Positions 63,805 through 64,000 of a stretch of DNA of 64,000 nt are shown here, in pieces. The position numbers and the translations under genes are program-made. The number at the start of each line of letters is the position of its first letter. The first letter of the stretch is position 1. The notes beneath the pieces are model-generated. The model was not told the DNA's origin and made no database searches. It saw nothing but the letters and a program-made list of their open reading frames with translations. Source of the DNA: a virus (Duplodnaviria; Caudoviricetes); IMG/VR virus record IMGVR_UViG_3300043642_000037, positions 92,127 to 156,126 of that record. One strand, written 5' to 3'.

Positions 63805-64000
63805 ATGACGTTCAAGCAAGGATGGCAGGCCGCGCAAGATGACCAAGACGACGAGCTGCCTCGCGACAGAGTCGAAGCCTTGGTCGAACTTGTCGTGATC
63901 ACGCCGTTCACGATCCTGCGCAGGATCGCGAATGTCGTTCTCGGACCGGGACGCGTACGCCGTATTGATCGCTGGATCGAGTGTCAAGGAGGCAGTGATA
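63805..64000 (+). CDS. hypothetical protein (truncated by window end)
   Basis: ATG just after the previous stop; open to the end of the window. Confidence 0.4.
   Translation, partial: MTFKQGWQAAQDDQDDELPRDRVEALVELVVITPFTILRRIANVVLGPGRVRRIDRWIECQGGSD

Noticed and set aside
1-64000. Stop-codon reassignment, as in some large phages
   Set aside because: Conserved genes are full length in code 11 and end in TGA, TAG and TAA

Overview
This GC-rich window is a segment of a large, probably jumbo-type, contractile-tailed (myovirus-like) phage genome; I see no cellular housekeeping context. The + strand carries mainly replication, recombination and nucleotide-metabolism genes: an SNF2 helicase, two Cas4/RecB-like PD-(D/E)xK nucleases, a ParB-family protein, a primase-ATPase fusion, a family A DNA polymerase with an N-terminal UDG-like Fe-S domain, a DEDDh exonuclease, a MoxR AAA/vWA pair, a DUF932-like protein, RuvC, an intein-containing class II ribonucleotide reductase, DinG, RNase HII, a GHKL ATPase and many small Cys-rich ORFs. 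The - strand carries virion genes (portal-like fragment, GpA-type terminase, tail fibre, baseplate, M23 peptidase, SLT-containing hub, tape measure, tail chaperones), two sigma factors, ThyX and a dNMP kinase. The best new signals are: (1) a dispersed 17-bp palindrome TGTTTA-N5-TAAACA at five intergenic sites, four of them between divergent genes, with the same TTTA-N5-TAAA geometry as KorB operators, in a genome that encodes a ParB/KorB-family protein; (2) a clear -1 frameshift signal (A AAU UUC) joining the tail chaperone ORFs upstream of the tape measure; (3) a possible nucleotide-modification set made of the catalytically degenerate UDG domain on PolA, a stand-alone MtrA-like domain, a Zn-ribbon dNMP kinase and ThyX. 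All calls come from reading motifs by eye; no database searches were run. Many start codons were re-placed by eye relative to the ORF track.
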